The notes: generated by a model not told the origin, from the letters alone. Shown: positions 49,456 to 59,588, numbered from the stretch's first letter. The stretch: 64,000 bases of DNA from Lachnospiraceae bacterium (GCA_963594125.1 CAVBCV010000001.1:64746-128745); one strand, 5' to 3'. Program-made: numbers and translations.

Positions 49456-49525
49456 ATTTATTATATAGCATATATGTGTTAAAAAAAGCAATAAAATTTA
49501 ACGCATATAACCAAATTGTTAATGC

Positions 49526-51043
49526 CTAATATGAGCGGGCGTAAATAACGTCTAAGGCGGCGTCATCGCCGGTTAGCAAGCATTTACCGGTGGTTCCGCT
49601 TTGGTCAAACGGAATGCAGCGAATGGTTATTTTCATGGCTTTTAAAATTTCTTCCGTTTCGGGTTTGCCATTCCATTTGCCACGGACAAAAGCAACTTTG
49701 CCTTGCTTGCCGTCTTCAATCCACTCATTGCTTTCAGCAAAATAAGCTTTAAACGCTTCCGGCGTGGTAATATCGGTGCGAATATTATCAAGCAAGCGCT
49801 GTTTGGCTTTGGCGAACATATTGTGCTGAATGTTTTGCAGGCGCGCGCCGATACCGGCGATAAATTCATCGGCTTTTACCAGTTCTTTGCCTTCAGGAAG
49901 CCCAAGTTTTAAGCGTTCGCGAACCATCATGCCGCCGGATTCAACATCGCGCGGACCAATCTCACAAATAACCGGAGCGCCTTTGCGGGTCCATTCCCAA
50001 AACTTGTCAACGCTTGATTTGTTGCGTTTGTCGGTTTTAATGCGAATGTTTTTACCAAAGGCGGTTTGTTTGCTTAATTGTTGCGCTAAGTTGTTGATGT
50101 AAGCCATAACTTTTTCTTCATCTTCCGGTTTTTTGATTACCGGAACAATAACAACCTGATACGGCGCAATGGCAGGAGGAACAACCATGCCTTCATCATC
50201 GGCGTGGGTCATGATAACGCCGCCGATTAAGCGGGTTGAGGAGCCCCATGAAGTGGTATAAGCGTATTCAGGCTTGTTGTCCTTGTTGATAAAGGTAATG
50301 TTGGCTGATTTAGCAAAATTCTGCCCTAAAAAGTGCGATGTTCCGGCTTGCAGGGCTTTGCCGTCCTGCATCATTGCCTCAATGCAGTAGGTGTCAATCG
50401 CGCCGGGGAATTTTTCATGCTCAGGCTTGCGACCGGCAATTACCGGCATGGCTAAAACATCTTCCGCAACTTTGCGGTAAACTTCAAGCATTTGCTTGGT
50501 TTCAGCTTCTGCCTCTTGCGCGGTGGCGTGGGCGGTGTGTCCTTCCTGCCACAAAAATTCACGCGTGCGCAAAAACAGGCGCGGACGCATTTCCCAACGC
50601 ACTACGTTTGCCCATTGATTAATTAAAACCGGCAAATCGCGGTATGACTTAATCCATTTTGAAAACGAATCGGCAATAATGGTTTCGCTGGTCGGGCGCA
50701 CGATTAACGGCTCGTCAAGCTCCGAATCGGGGGTTAATTTGCCGTCTTTCATGGTCAGGCGCGAGTGGGTCACAACCGCCATTTCTTTGGCGAATCCCTC
50801 AACATGCTCAGCCTCTTTTTGAAAGAATGAGAGCGGAATAAACAGCGGAAAATAAGCGTTTTCATGTCCGGTTGCCTTGAACTCATAGTCAAAAGCCTCG
50901 CGGATACAATCCCAAATGCCGTATCCCCACGGTTTGATAACCATACACCCCGGTGAAACGGAGTTTTCCGCCATGTCGGCTTCCGCCACAATAGCTTGAT
51001 ACCATTCAGGATAGTTGGTTTTTCGGTTTACTTTAAGTGCCAT
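49526..51043 (-). CDS. proS: Prolyl-tRNA synthetase (short form lacking the insertion editing domain).
   Basis: 505 aa. Class II core, an anticodon-binding domain, and a C-terminal zinc-binding-like extension. Confidence 0.9.
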   Translation of the reverse strand: MALKVNRKTNYPEWYQAIVAEADMAENSVSPGCMVIKPWGYGIWDCIREAFDYEFKATGHENAYFPLFIPLSFFQKEAEHVEGFAKEMAVVTHSRLTMKDGKLTPDSELDEPLIVRPTSETIIADSFSKWIKSYRDLPVLINQWANVVRWEMRPRLFLRTREFLWQEGHTAHATAQEAEAETKQMLEVYRKVAEDVLAMPVIAGRKPEHEKFPGAIDTYCIEAMMQDGKALQAGTSHFLGQNFAKSANITFINKDNKPEYAYTTSWGSSTRLIGGVIMTHADDEGMVVPPAIAPYQVVIVPVIKKPEDEEKVMAYINNLAQQLSKQTAFGKNIRIKTDKRNKSSVDKFWEWTRKGAPVICEIGPRDVESGGMMVRERLKLGLPEGKELVKADEFIAGIGARLQNIQHNMFAKAKQRLLDNIRTDITTPEAFKAYFAESNEWIEDGKQGKVAFVRGKWNGKPETEEILKAMKITIRCIPFDQSGTTGKCLLTGDDAALDVIYARSY

Positions 51044-51053
51044 AATCTTTTCC

Positions 51054-53447
51054 TTAATTTCTTAATTCACCGCCGGTTTTTTTGCCGACTTCGTTAATAA
51101 CTTTGTTCATCAGATTTTCAATGTCTTTATCGGTAAAGGTTTGTTCTTTCGGTTGGAAAGTAACGCTTAAAGCCACCGATTTTTTATTTGCAGGCAGGTT
51201 TTCGCCTTCATAAATATCAAAAATCCGCACATCGCTGATATAATTGCGGTCAGCGTTTTTGGCCGCGGCTAAAATGTTGGCGGCAGTAACGTTTTTGTTG
51301 ACCACAAAAGCTAAATCTTTATCTACCGGCTGGAATTGCGAAAGTTCCAACTTCTTTTTGGCTTTGTCATGTCCGCCGCGCGGCAGCGGAATGTTATCAA
51401 GGTAAACTTCAAACGCCATTACTCTGCCTTTTATGCCCAGTTTTTTGGTAACGGCAGGGTGCAATTCGCCAAAGTATGCCAAAACATTTTTGCCCAAGCG
51501 CAAAGCGCCGCTGCGTCCGGGGTGGTAATAAGCCGGAGCGTCGGTGGTAATCTGCGGGTTTTCAAACGGGCCTTTGGCGGCGGCGATGGCGGCAATCGCA
51601 TCGGCTTTAACGTCAAAAACATCAAAAGCGCGTGAAGAACCTGACCAATCTTTTTTGCCGGTTAAGCCAATTCTGATACCGGCGGCAACCGTCATTTGCT
51701 CGTTGGGGTGACGACCGAAAAATTCAGGTCCGACCTCAAAAATAGACATATTGGTATAACCGCGGGCAATGTTGTTTTTGGCGCCGAGCAACAAGTTAGG
51801 CAGTAACGATGGGCGCATTTCATTTAAATCCGCCGCAATCGGGTTTTGCAACAAAATTTGCTCCGGTTGATTGTTTTTGTGGAAGTGGCGGGCAATTTCC
51901 GAATCGGTAAAACTCCATGTAACCGTTTCATACATGCCGCGCGAGGCAAGCTCGTGTTTAACGGTTACAATGTTCATCTGCCGCGGTGTTAAAACCTGTT
52001 TGGGGAACTTGTCATGCGGCAGACTTTCTGCCGGAATTTCATCAAGCCCAATCATGCGGACAACTTCTTCAACCAGGTCATGTTCGCCTTCAATATCGCC
52101 GCGCCAGGTTGGCGAAACGGCTTTAATTTTATCGCCCTCGTTTGAAGTTTTGAAGCCGAGATGATTTAAAATTTCGGTGATTTTTTCAGCGGAAACATCA
52201 AGCCCGATAAAGTTTTTAAGCCGTGACGGGCGGATATAAGCAACCCGTTCTTTAACGTCTTCAGAGCCGCAAACTTCAATTTCAGAAGCTTCGCCGCCGC
52301 AAATATCCAAAATCATCTGAGTGGCGTAATTGGAGCCGGAAATGTTTGATTTAGGATCAACCCAGCGTTCATAACGATAGCGCGAATCGGACTCAATGGC
52401 AAATTTACGACCGGTGCGGGCAATGCATTCCGGCTTAAATAAAGCGCATTCCAAAAACACGTTGGCGGTTTCAGGCGAGCAGCCTTTTTCAGCGCCGCCC
52501 ATAATGCCGCCCAAGCACTGAATGCCGGCATCATCGCAAATGCCTAACGACTGATTGTCAAGGGTATATTCTTTTTCTTCCAACGAGGTGAATTTTTCGC
52601 CGTCGTGGCACATTCTGACCGTGATGTTGCCGCAGAGTTTGTCTGCGTCAAAAACATGCAGCGGGCGCGCCAAGTCATAGTTGATGTAGTTGGTAATATC
52701 AACAAGCGGCGAGATTGAACGCAAGCCGATTGCGGTAAGGCGGTCTTTCATCCATTTAGGAGTTTGCGCCTTGTTGTTGACGCCTTTAATGTAACGTCCG
52801 GTATAAGTCGGGCAGGCGTCAGGGCATTCAACCTTAACGGAAACAGGGCTTTTATATGAGCCTTTAACCTCATGGATTTTAAGCGGTTTTAAAGTGCCTA
52901 ATCCGGCAGCCGCCAAATCACGCGCAATACCGCGAACGCCTAAGCATTCGGCGCGGTTAGGGGTGATTGAAACCTCAATAACCGGATCAATGTTAAGCAC
53001 TTGCTCGGCAGGCAGTCCTAAAGCGGTGTTTGCCGGAAGCTCAATAATGCCGGTATGGTCTTCGCCAACGCCGAGTTCTTTTTCGGAGCACATCATGCCG
53101 AAACTCTCGGTGCCGCGGATTTTGCCGACTTTTAAAACTTCGTTATAGCATGGGATTAAGGTTCCGACCGGCGCAAAAATACCGATTAAACCTTCTTTCA
53201 TGTTAGGAGCGCCACAAACAACCTGCAATTTTTCAGAGCCGGTGTTGACGGTTAATACATGCAGGTGGTCTGAATCGGGGTGCATGGTAACATTTTCAGC
53301 GCGGGCAGTGATAAAGCCGTGCAAATTTGCCGCCGGATTGGTTACTTCTTCAACCTCAAGCCCGATTTTGGTTAAGGTTTCGGCAATGGTGTTGACATCG
53401 GCAGCAGTGTCAAGATGCTCTTTAAGCCATGATAAAGTGAATTTCAT
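51054..53447 (-). CDS. pheT: Phenylalanyl-tRNA synthetase beta subunit.
   Basis: 797 aa. MKFTLSWLKEHLDT N-terminus, with tRNA-binding, B3/B4, B5 and FDX-ACB domains. Overlaps pheS by 4 nt. Confidence 0.95.
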   Translation of the reverse strand: MKFTLSWLKEHLDTAADVNTIAETLTKIGLEVEEVTNPAANLHGFITARAENVTMHPDSDHLHVLTVNTGSEKLQVVCGAPNMKEGLIGIFAPVGTLIPCYNEVLKVGKIRGTESFGMMCSEKELGVGEDHTGIIELPANTALGLPAEQVLNIDPVIEVSITPNRAECLGVRGIARDLAAAGLGTLKPLKIHEVKGSYKSPVSVKVECPDACPTYTGRYIKGVNNKAQTPKWMKDRLTAIGLRSISPLVDITNYINYDLARPLHVFDADKLCGNITVRMCHDGEKFTSLEEKEYTLDNQSLGICDDAGIQCLGGIMGGAEKGCSPETANVFLECALFKPECIARTGRKFAIESDSRYRYERWVDPKSNISGSNYATQMILDICGGEASEIEVCGSEDVKERVAYIRPSRLKNFIGLDVSAEKITEILNHLGFKTSNEGDKIKAVSPTWRGDIEGEHDLVEEVVRMIGLDEIPAESLPHDKFPKQVLTPRQMNIVTVKHELASRGMYETVTWSFTDSEIARHFHKNNQPEQILLQNPIAADLNEMRPSLLPNLLLGAKNNIARGYTNMSIFEVGPEFFGRHPNEQMTVAAGIRIGLTGKKDWSGSSRAFDVFDVKADAIAAIAAAKGPFENPQITTDAPAYYHPGRSGALRLGKNVLAYFGELHPAVTKKLGIKGRVMAFEVYLDNIPLPRGGHDKAKKKLELSQFQPVDKDLAFVVNKNVTAANILAAAKNADRNYISDVRIFDIYEGENLPANKKSVALSVTFQPKEQTFTDKDIENLMNKVINEVGKKTGGELRN

Positions 53448-54553
53448 CGTGTTAATCCTCCGTTATTGCTTAAGCCGCCGGTCATAGATGAAAAGTCAAG
53501 CGGGGCAAAGCCATAATTTTTTAACCAGCGAACGTCAGATTCAAAAAACGTGCGTAAATCCGGAATGCCGTATTTGAGCATGGCAAGGCGGTCAATACCA
53601 ACGCCGAACGCGAATCCTTGATATTCATCAGGATTAATGCCGCCAGCTTTTAATACGTTGGGGTGAACCATGCCGCAGCCTAAAATTTCAAGCCAATCAT
53701 TACCGGCGCCGATTTTAAGTTCGTTTTTGGTTTTTAAGCAGCCGATGTCAAGCTCGGCGGAAGGCTCGGTAAACGGAAAGTATGACGGGCGGTAACGAAC
53801 CGGAATCTCATCAAGTTCAAAAAAGGCTTTAACAAAGTCATACAAGCAACCTTTTAAGTTGGCCATGGTGGTGGTTTTATCAATAACCAAGCCTTCTACC
53901 TGATGAAACATCGGGGTGTGAGTGGCGTCATAGTCGGAACGATAAGTGCGCCCCGGAGCAATAATGCGAATCGGCGGCTTTTTGTTTTCCATGGTGCGAA
54001 TCTGCATGCCGGAAGTGTGAGTGCGGATAACATACGATTTATCCATATCAAAAGCCTCGTTGGCATCGTGCGGAAGATAGAAAGTATCCTGCATCTGGCG
54101 GGCAGGGTGATTGGCCGGCATATTGAGCGCGTTAAAGTTATGAAACTGGTCTTCAATATCAGGACCTTCGGCTACTTCAAAGCCCATTTGCCCGAAAATG
54201 GCGACAACTTCTTCATAAATTTTGGAAACAGGGTGGATACGTCCCTGAACTTCAGGGCGAATCGGCAGCGTAACGTCAATGGTTTCCGCCGCGAGTTTTT
54301 GGTTTAATTCGGCTGCTTCCAAAACTTCTTTGCGGGCGGCCAGCGCTTTTTCAACCTCAGTTTTTAAGATGTTTATTTTTTTGCCGAAATCAGCTTTTTC
54401 AGCCGGTGACAAGGCGCCTAAGCCTTTTAATTTTTCGGTAATCGTACCTTTTTTGCCCATGGCGGAAACTCTGACTTCATCTAATGATTTGATGTCTTGA
54501 GCCTCGCTGATGCTGTGCAAAATTTGTGTTTTCAGACTTTCTAAATCTTCCAT
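53444..54553 (-). CDS. pheS: Phenylalanyl-tRNA synthetase alpha subunit.
   Basis: 369 aa. Class II motifs (FRPSYFPFTEPSAE, GFAFGVGIDRLAM). Confidence 0.95.
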   Translation of the reverse strand: MEDLESLKTQILHSISEAQDIKSLDEVRVSAMGKKGTITEKLKGLGALSPAEKADFGKKINILKTEVEKALAARKEVLEAAELNQKLAAETIDVTLPIRPEVQGRIHPVSKIYEEVVAIFGQMGFEVAEGPDIEDQFHNFNALNMPANHPARQMQDTFYLPHDANEAFDMDKSYVIRTHTSGMQIRTMENKKPPIRIIAPGRTYRSDYDATHTPMFHQVEGLVIDKTTTMANLKGCLYDFVKAFFELDEIPVRYRPSYFPFTEPSAELDIGCLKTKNELKIGAGNDWLEILGCGMVHPNVLKAGGINPDEYQGFAFGVGIDRLAMLKYGIPDLRTFFESDVRWLKNYGFAPLDFSSMTGGLSNNGGLTR

Positions 54554-54645
54554 TATTTTAACCTTTATACGTAAAAAGAGCCGACTTGGATTGCCAAGAG
54601 AGCTCTTTTACTTTTTGTTTTTTTATGATATTACTGTATCTGTGC

Positions 54646-55005
54646 TTATTTTTTAAGAGCCGCTTTGGCAGAATCTACCAGTTTAGCAAAAGCTTGGGGC
54701 TCTTTCAAAGCGATATCAGCGAGAACTTTACGGTCAAGTTCAATGCCGGCTTTAACGAGCCCGCTGATAAATCGGGAATAAGTCATATCATGCAGACGGG
54801 TTGCGGCGTTAATACGCTGAATCCACAACGCGCGGAAACTTCTTTTCTTTGCGCGGCGGTCGCGGTAAGCATATTGCAAACCTTTTTCAACTTTTTCAAC
54901 AGCAACTCTGAATACATTTTTATTACGACCGGTGTAACCTTTAGCCATACCAAGAATTTTCTTGTGGCGAGCATGAGCGGTCATACCTCTTTTAACGCGT
55001 GACAT
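54646..55005 (-). CDS. rplT: 50S ribosomal protein L20.
   Basis: 119 aa. [18 protein letters not shown] ... YRDRRAKKR. Confidence 0.97.
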   Translation of the reverse strand: MSRVKRGMTAHARHKKILGMAKGYTGRNKNVFRVAVEKVEKGLQYAYRDRRAKKRSFRALWIQRINAATRLHDMTYSRFISGLVKAGIELDRKVLADIALKEPQAFAKLVDSAKAALKK

Positions 55006-55018
55006 ATCTTAATCCTCC

Positions 55019-55216
55019 TTACAAATACGGTAAAAACTTTTTGACAATCTGAACATCAACTTCGTTTAACAAAACGGAGCCGCGAGCCTGTCTTTTCATT
55101 TTCTGAGATTTGCAGAAGAGGCAGTGTCTCTTAAATGCATAATTTCTTTTAATTTTGCCGGTTCCGGTAACGCTGAAGCGTTTCTTTGCGGCACTTTTTG
55201 ATTTTAATTTAGGCAT
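55019..55216 (-). CDS. rpmI: 50S ribosomal protein L35.
   Basis: 65 aa. MPKLKSKSAAKKRF ... basic. Confidence 0.93.
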   Translation of the reverse strand: MPKLKSKSAAKKRFSVTGTGKIKRNYAFKRHCLFCKSQKMKRQARGSVLLNEVDVQIVKKFLPYL

Positions 55217-55358
55217 TTCAAAATCCTTTCTAAAAGTGGATTAATATTTAAGCGGTCAGGCATGCCAATCAGCCCGAGCCACTCGTTCAAAGCAAGTTTA
55301 TACTCTTTTGCGTTTTAAAATGCAAGCAAAATTTTGGCGTTTGCTGCGGCGGGCTGAT

Positions 55359-56447
55359 TTATTTTTTAAACAGCAAATTACTGTTAAAATAATCAATTCC
55401 CATGGCGGATTTTACCTCATGCAAAGTACCGGCGGCAACTTCACGCGCGGCAATGCTGCCTTTTTGCAGCATGTTGAAAATTTCGCCGATGTCGGAGGCA
55501 AGCTGCTCGCGCTTTTCGCGAATCGGCTTTAATTCGTTTTGCAAAATTTCATTTAAAAAGCGTTTAACCACGCTGTCGCCCAAGCCGCCTTTTTGATAGT
55601 GCGCCTTTAATTCTGCCAGATTTTGATAAGCGGGCAGAAAAGCGGCAAAATGTTCGTCTTTGCAAAAGGCGTCAAGGTAAATAAACACCGGATTGTTTTC
55701 AGTGTGACCGGGGTCTTCAACCCGCAAATGGGTGGGGTCGGTGAACATGCTCTGCACTTTTTTCTTAATATCGTTTGACGAATCGGAAAGGTAAATACAG
55801 TTGCCTAATGATTTGCTCATTTTAGCGGCGCCGTCAAGCCCCGGAAGGCGCGAGCAAATGCTGCTTTCAGGCAAAACAGCGGTCGGCTCAACCAAAACCG
55901 GACGGTAAATGGTGTTAAACGAGCGCACAATTTCACGGGTTTGTTCAATCATAGGGAGCTGGTCTTCGCCAACCGGAACAAGATTAGCCTTAAAAGCGGT
56001 GATGTCGGCAGCCTGACTAATCGGGTAGGTTAAAAACCCGACCGGAATGCTCTGCTTAAATCCGCGCAGGTGAATTTCGTTTTTAACCGTCGGGTTGCGC
56101 TGCAGGCGCGATAAGGTTACCAAGTTCATATAGTAAAATGAAAGCTCGCATAATTCGGGAATCTGCGATTGGATAAAGATGGTTGATTTTTGAGGATTTA
56201 ACCCGCATGCCAAATAATCAAGCGCAACCTCTGAAATGTTGGTGCGAACTTTGTTGATGTCATCGGCATTGTCGGTTAAAGCCTGAGCGTCGGCAATCAT
56301 GATATAAATATTGTGATATTTGCCGCTGTTTTGCATTTCAACGCGGCGCTTTAATGAGCCGACATAGTGCCCTAAATGTAATTTTCCGGTGGGTCTGTCA
56401 CCCGTTAAAATCGTGTCCATAATTAAACTCCTTGTTTTTATTTTCAA
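55359..56447 (-). CDS. trpS: Tryptophanyl-tRNA synthetase.
   Basis: 362 aa. HIGH-type motif GKLHLGHY and KMSKS motif. Confidence 0.93.
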   Translation of the reverse strand: MKIKTRSLIMDTILTGDRPTGKLHLGHYVGSLKRRVEMQNSGKYHNIYIMIADAQALTDNADDINKVRTNISEVALDYLACGLNPQKSTIFIQSQIPELCELSFYYMNLVTLSRLQRNPTVKNEIHLRGFKQSIPVGFLTYPISQAADITAFKANLVPVGEDQLPMIEQTREIVRSFNTIYRPVLVEPTAVLPESSICSRLPGLDGAAKMSKSLGNCIYLSDSSNDIKKKVQSMFTDPTHLRVEDPGHTENNPVFIYLDAFCKDEHFAAFLPAYQNLAELKAHYQKGGLGDSVVKRFLNEILQNELKPIREKREQLASDIGEIFNMLQKGSIAAREVAAGTLHEVKSAMGIDYFNSNLLFKK

Positions 56448-56742
56448 TTAAACCAAAGGGTGCGCCTTGTCAAGGTTATCTTATGATTGTGAGAATTTCA
56501 GTATTGACAGATTTGACAAATAATCTTATAATAATCTTGTTTACTTAAAAATATGTTCATTATTATGTTGAAAATTCGGTTGGTTTTAGGTTGTCAGCTT
56601 AAAAACAGTCAGAAAATGCAGCGGAAAGTGAAAATTTTGCGGTGAGCAATCGTTATTGTGGCATATTCTGCCATCTCCCTTTGACGGTTTACTTTAATTT
56701 ATTTGTTCTATCGGAGAGTAGACGCCATTAAAATTATTTCTT

Positions 56743-57726
56743 ATGGCAAAATTTTTTCAGTTTCTGGGAAGTATCTTAGAGGGACTTCTGATGGTTGTAA
56801 TTTTTTACAATCCTGTATCTTTCGTGATTTGGAGTTTTGTCGCTCCGAGGAAAGCCGCCGCAATTATGGTCATCAAAGATGATGACTCAAAGTTTATGGA
56901 CTTTTTGAGCAATCTGCACAAGCCGCTCACTCATCTGTACCCGATGTGTATCAGAAAGCACTTCATGAAGGCTTTGGGGATGTTTAATTATTCCGCAAAG
57001 GCTCAGGTAAAAGCTTTCAGAGCCTTGAGCGAAACAGATTCGCCTGAAAAGGCAGTCAAAATCGTTAAGCAAATGAGTGACTTAGGAGCATCCAAACTTT
57101 GGGATGACAATATGGTCAGGAACCGGAGTTATAACCACATAATTACATATGCGGTAACTGAATCCGGAAAATCGTTGACAACTCGTCAGCTTAAAGACTT
57201 GTTCGCGAGGGAAGATTACGCCAATTTTGCTGTCTATGCCAAGAATCACACTCTGAGCAAAGCCGCTTTGGAATTGCTCATTGAGAGAATGAAGCAGAAG
57301 TCAGGAGACAAAGAGTCTTTTGATGAGTTGCAAGGCGTTCTTTTTAGTCAAATTGAAAAGAACGGTCTTCCGGCGAATCTGGTGGAAAAGGCAGTGGAGG
57401 CATGCGGTGAGAATCAGCTTGCTATCACAAAAGCTTTTGAAGTATTCCGCCAAAAGACGGTCGTGCTTTCAAGGCAAAAAGAGGCTTTTGTTCCACTTAT
57501 TAAGTATGAAAAGCTTTATCCTTCGGTGGAGGCGATGCTTAGTGAGGAGCAATACAAGCTCTATTTAGAAACGGGTAGGCGCTTGAGCGATGAGGCTATT
57601 CGTGAGTTTATCGCTCGCGAGAACATTGGCATGTGCAAGCTTATCTTTAAAAATGAAAAGCTTTCACCAATAGCGTTGTTGATGGCCAAGGCGAATCCTA
57701 AATTCGCCGTGATGATGTACGTCTAA
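56743..57726 (+). CDS. Hypothetical protein with an N-terminal hydrophobic segment. First gene of a compositionally atypical cluster.
   Basis: 327 aa with no recognisable motif. Codon usage (AAG, CTG, AGG/AGA, GAG frequent) differs visibly from flanking housekeeping genes, which favour AAA, TTA/TTG, CGC/CGT and GAA. Confidence 0.5.
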   Translation: MAKFFQFLGSILEGLLMVVIFYNPVSFVIWSFVAPRKAAAIMVIKDDDSKFMDFLSNLHKPLTHLYPMCIRKHFMKALGMFNYSAKAQVKAFRALSETDSPEKAVKIVKQMSDLGASKLWDDNMVRNRSYNHIITYAVTESGKSLTTRQLKDLFAREDYANFAVYAKNHTLSKAALELLIERMKQKSGDKESFDELQGVLFSQIEKNGLPANLVEKAVEACGENQLAITKAFEVFRQKTVVLSRQKEAFVPLIKYEKLYPSVEAMLSEEQYKLYLETGRRLSDEAIREFIARENIGMCKLIFKNEKLSPIALLMAKANPKFAVMMYV

Positions 57727-57744
57727 CTATAAAAACTGACAAAC

Positions 57745-58281
57745 ATGACAGATTTTCAAATTATGCTGGGCGGGCTTTCGTTAGTCTTGTTCGGCGGAGC
57801 TTTCACTTTACTGTTGTGGGGTGATTGGAAAAAGGCAAAAGCTTTTAAGGCTATTCTGATTGTGGTTGTGGCTATCAGCGCAGTTGGCGCTTTTTACGCC
57901 ATATACAGCCAGATTAAGCTTACTGAGCAAACAACTGAAAAGTATGTGCTTGTCTCTTTTGAGAACCAGTATTCAACAGTTAATGAAACTGATGTAATCG
58001 GGCTTGATGGAGATTCATACACTATCCTTCCTACCGGCAACAAGCTTCTTAAAAAGACCTTGTACGGGAATTTGGAGTGGCGGGATACTTCGGTTGTTCA
58101 GCAAATTGATTCAGCAGGCAACAGCGAGCCAATACGCATTGTTACGCTAAAAGCCAAAACGCTCAGAATCGGCAGCGCAGAAGCAACCAGGCCTAACCAA
58201 TCCGGCGCCGAGATTAAAGTAAAATGCCGGTATAACATTGGGGATACGGTAAAGGTCCGCGGCGACCGCATCGTTCCTTAA
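57745..58281 (+). CDS. Hypothetical two-TM membrane protein with a beta-rich C-terminal domain.
   Basis: 178 aa. TM1 LGGLSLVLFGGAFTLLLW and TM2 ILIVVVAISAVGAFYAIY. C-terminal ...KCRYNIGDTVKVRGDRIVP. A terminator follows. Confidence 0.5.
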   Translation: MTDFQIMLGGLSLVLFGGAFTLLLWGDWKKAKAFKAILIVVVAISAVGAFYAIYSQIKLTEQTTEKYVLVSFENQYSTVNETDVIGLDGDSYTILPTGNKLLKKTLYGNLEWRDTSVVQQIDSAGNSEPIRIVTLKAKTLRIGSAEATRPNQSGAEIKVKCRYNIGDTVKVRGDRIVP

Positions 58282-58293
58282 CGATTATTTCTT

Positions 58294-58323
58294 AAAAAAC
58301 TCCTCAGTTGAGGAGTTTTTTTA
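58294..58323 (+). terminator. Rho-independent terminator inside the atypical cluster.
   Basis: AACTCCTCA-GT-TGAGGAGTT followed by a T8 run. Confidence 0.85.
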
Positions 58324-58388
58324 ATGCCCTCTTGATTTATTTTAAAGTTCTCGTTATAAGGTAATCAGAAACCAAATTTTTATGATAT

Positions 58389-58994
58389 ATGTATGAGATT
58401 TTAAGAGTTGTGATGATTGTTTGCGAAATCGCGATGATCATCGGTTTTGTGTTCTTTGTTATCTTCCAAGCTTATTTTTGGAGCGACAAAGATCATTCTA
58501 AAACCTTTTTCATGTTTGCGCTGTATTCATTGCTTGGCGTGAGTATTTGCGGATGGTTTATTCATGGCTGCGCGCTGAATACGGGCGCTATTGTGCCTGC
58601 GGTTGCGGTATTGCTGATTATGGCTCAATTTTGCTTTTTTAAGGAGCGGTGGCAAAACTTTCATGTTAAGGAGCGCTCGCTTTTTAAGAAGCTCAAAAAA
58701 GCGCATATCTTTGCAATTTTGGCACTGATACTGTGTTTTTCAGGCGGTTACGGCTATTGCAAAAAGCAAAGAGCGGATTATCAACGCGCGCATGCAGATA
58801 TGTATGTGGTTGTCGGGTTTAATGTGAAGGCGGCAAATTATGGTCTGGTCTCAGTATATGATACGGATGATGACCATTTGTTTGTGGCACTCAGACCTGT
58901 AAATCGCTTTAAAGCAAATCCGAAAGTGTTAATGACCAGAAAATATCATCTTGGGGATACGGTATTGATATTTCACAATAAACCACTTTCATGA
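58389..58994 (+). CDS. Hypothetical 4-TM membrane protein.
   Basis: 201 aa. The C-terminal motif ...KYHLGDTVLIFHNKPLS resembles the C-terminus of the preceding gene (RYNIGDTVKV). Overlaps the next gene by 4 nt (ATGA). Confidence 0.5.
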   Translation: MYEILRVVMIVCEIAMIIGFVFFVIFQAYFWSDKDHSKTFFMFALYSLLGVSICGWFIHGCALNTGAIVPAVAVLLIMAQFCFFKERWQNFHVKERSLFKKLKKAHIFAILALILCFSGGYGYCKKQRADYQRAHADMYVVVGFNVKAANYGLVSVYDTDDDHLFVALRPVNRFKANPKVLMTRKYHLGDTVLIFHNKPLS

Positions 58995-59557
58995 TGTATG
59001 CAGCAGCGCTTGCAGGCATGATTATTTGCGGAACGTTTCTGTTGCTCGCTTTCATATTTTATGTACGCGCGCAATGGGTGTTTTGGTTCTATTACGGGGA
59101 AGAGCTGTATTGTCCGATAGGTTTTATTATGGTGCTTTTGTTTAGTGCCTCTTATGCGGACATGCTGCTTCCGCTTAACGGAGCCAATTTGTTAAGTTCC
59201 GCTTTAATTTTTATGTTTGCGTCCGCCGCACAATATGTGTGCGGTCAGGTACGGTTGGCTGAAATGCACAATACACCCCCGTGGTGTTGGGAGCATTATG
59301 CCAAAAAATTTATGCCGGTGTTTATTGTCGCCGTTGTTGCTTTGCGCTTTGCTTTTGCAGGGTGCTTGGAATATCGGGAAAATTACCGTTGGAACAATGC
59401 CGAATCGGTTGAAGGAAATTCGGAAGTGAGAGTTTTTAACGGTAAGCAAATTAAACGGCCGGTTTCGGAACTAATGCTTGAGCAACAAAAAATAGGCTCG
59501 GCAGTTGCCAAAGAAAGACAACGCGCCGCCAAAGCCAAGCGAAAGTCAAGCAAATGA
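58991..59557 (+). CDS. Hypothetical multi-TM membrane protein with a basic C-terminal tail.
   Basis: 188 aa. The tail is KERQRAAKAKRKSSK. CTG-rich codon usage. Confidence 0.5.
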   Translation: MMYAAALAGMIICGTFLLLAFIFYVRAQWVFWFYYGEELYCPIGFIMVLLFSASYADMLLPLNGANLLSSALIFMFASAAQYVCGQVRLAEMHNTPPWCWEHYAKKFMPVFIVAVVALRFAFAGCLEYRENYRWNNAESVEGNSEVRVFNGKQIKRPVSELMLEQQKIGSAVAKERQRAAKAKRKSSK

Positions 59558-59588
59558 AAAAAGGCGCTGTTAAGCGCCTTTTGTTTTA
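59558..59588. terminator. Bidirectional terminator, shared by the cluster and convergent der.
   Basis: AAGGCGCT-GTTAA-GCGCCTT followed by TTGTTTT. Overlaps the der stop codon. Confidence 0.8.
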
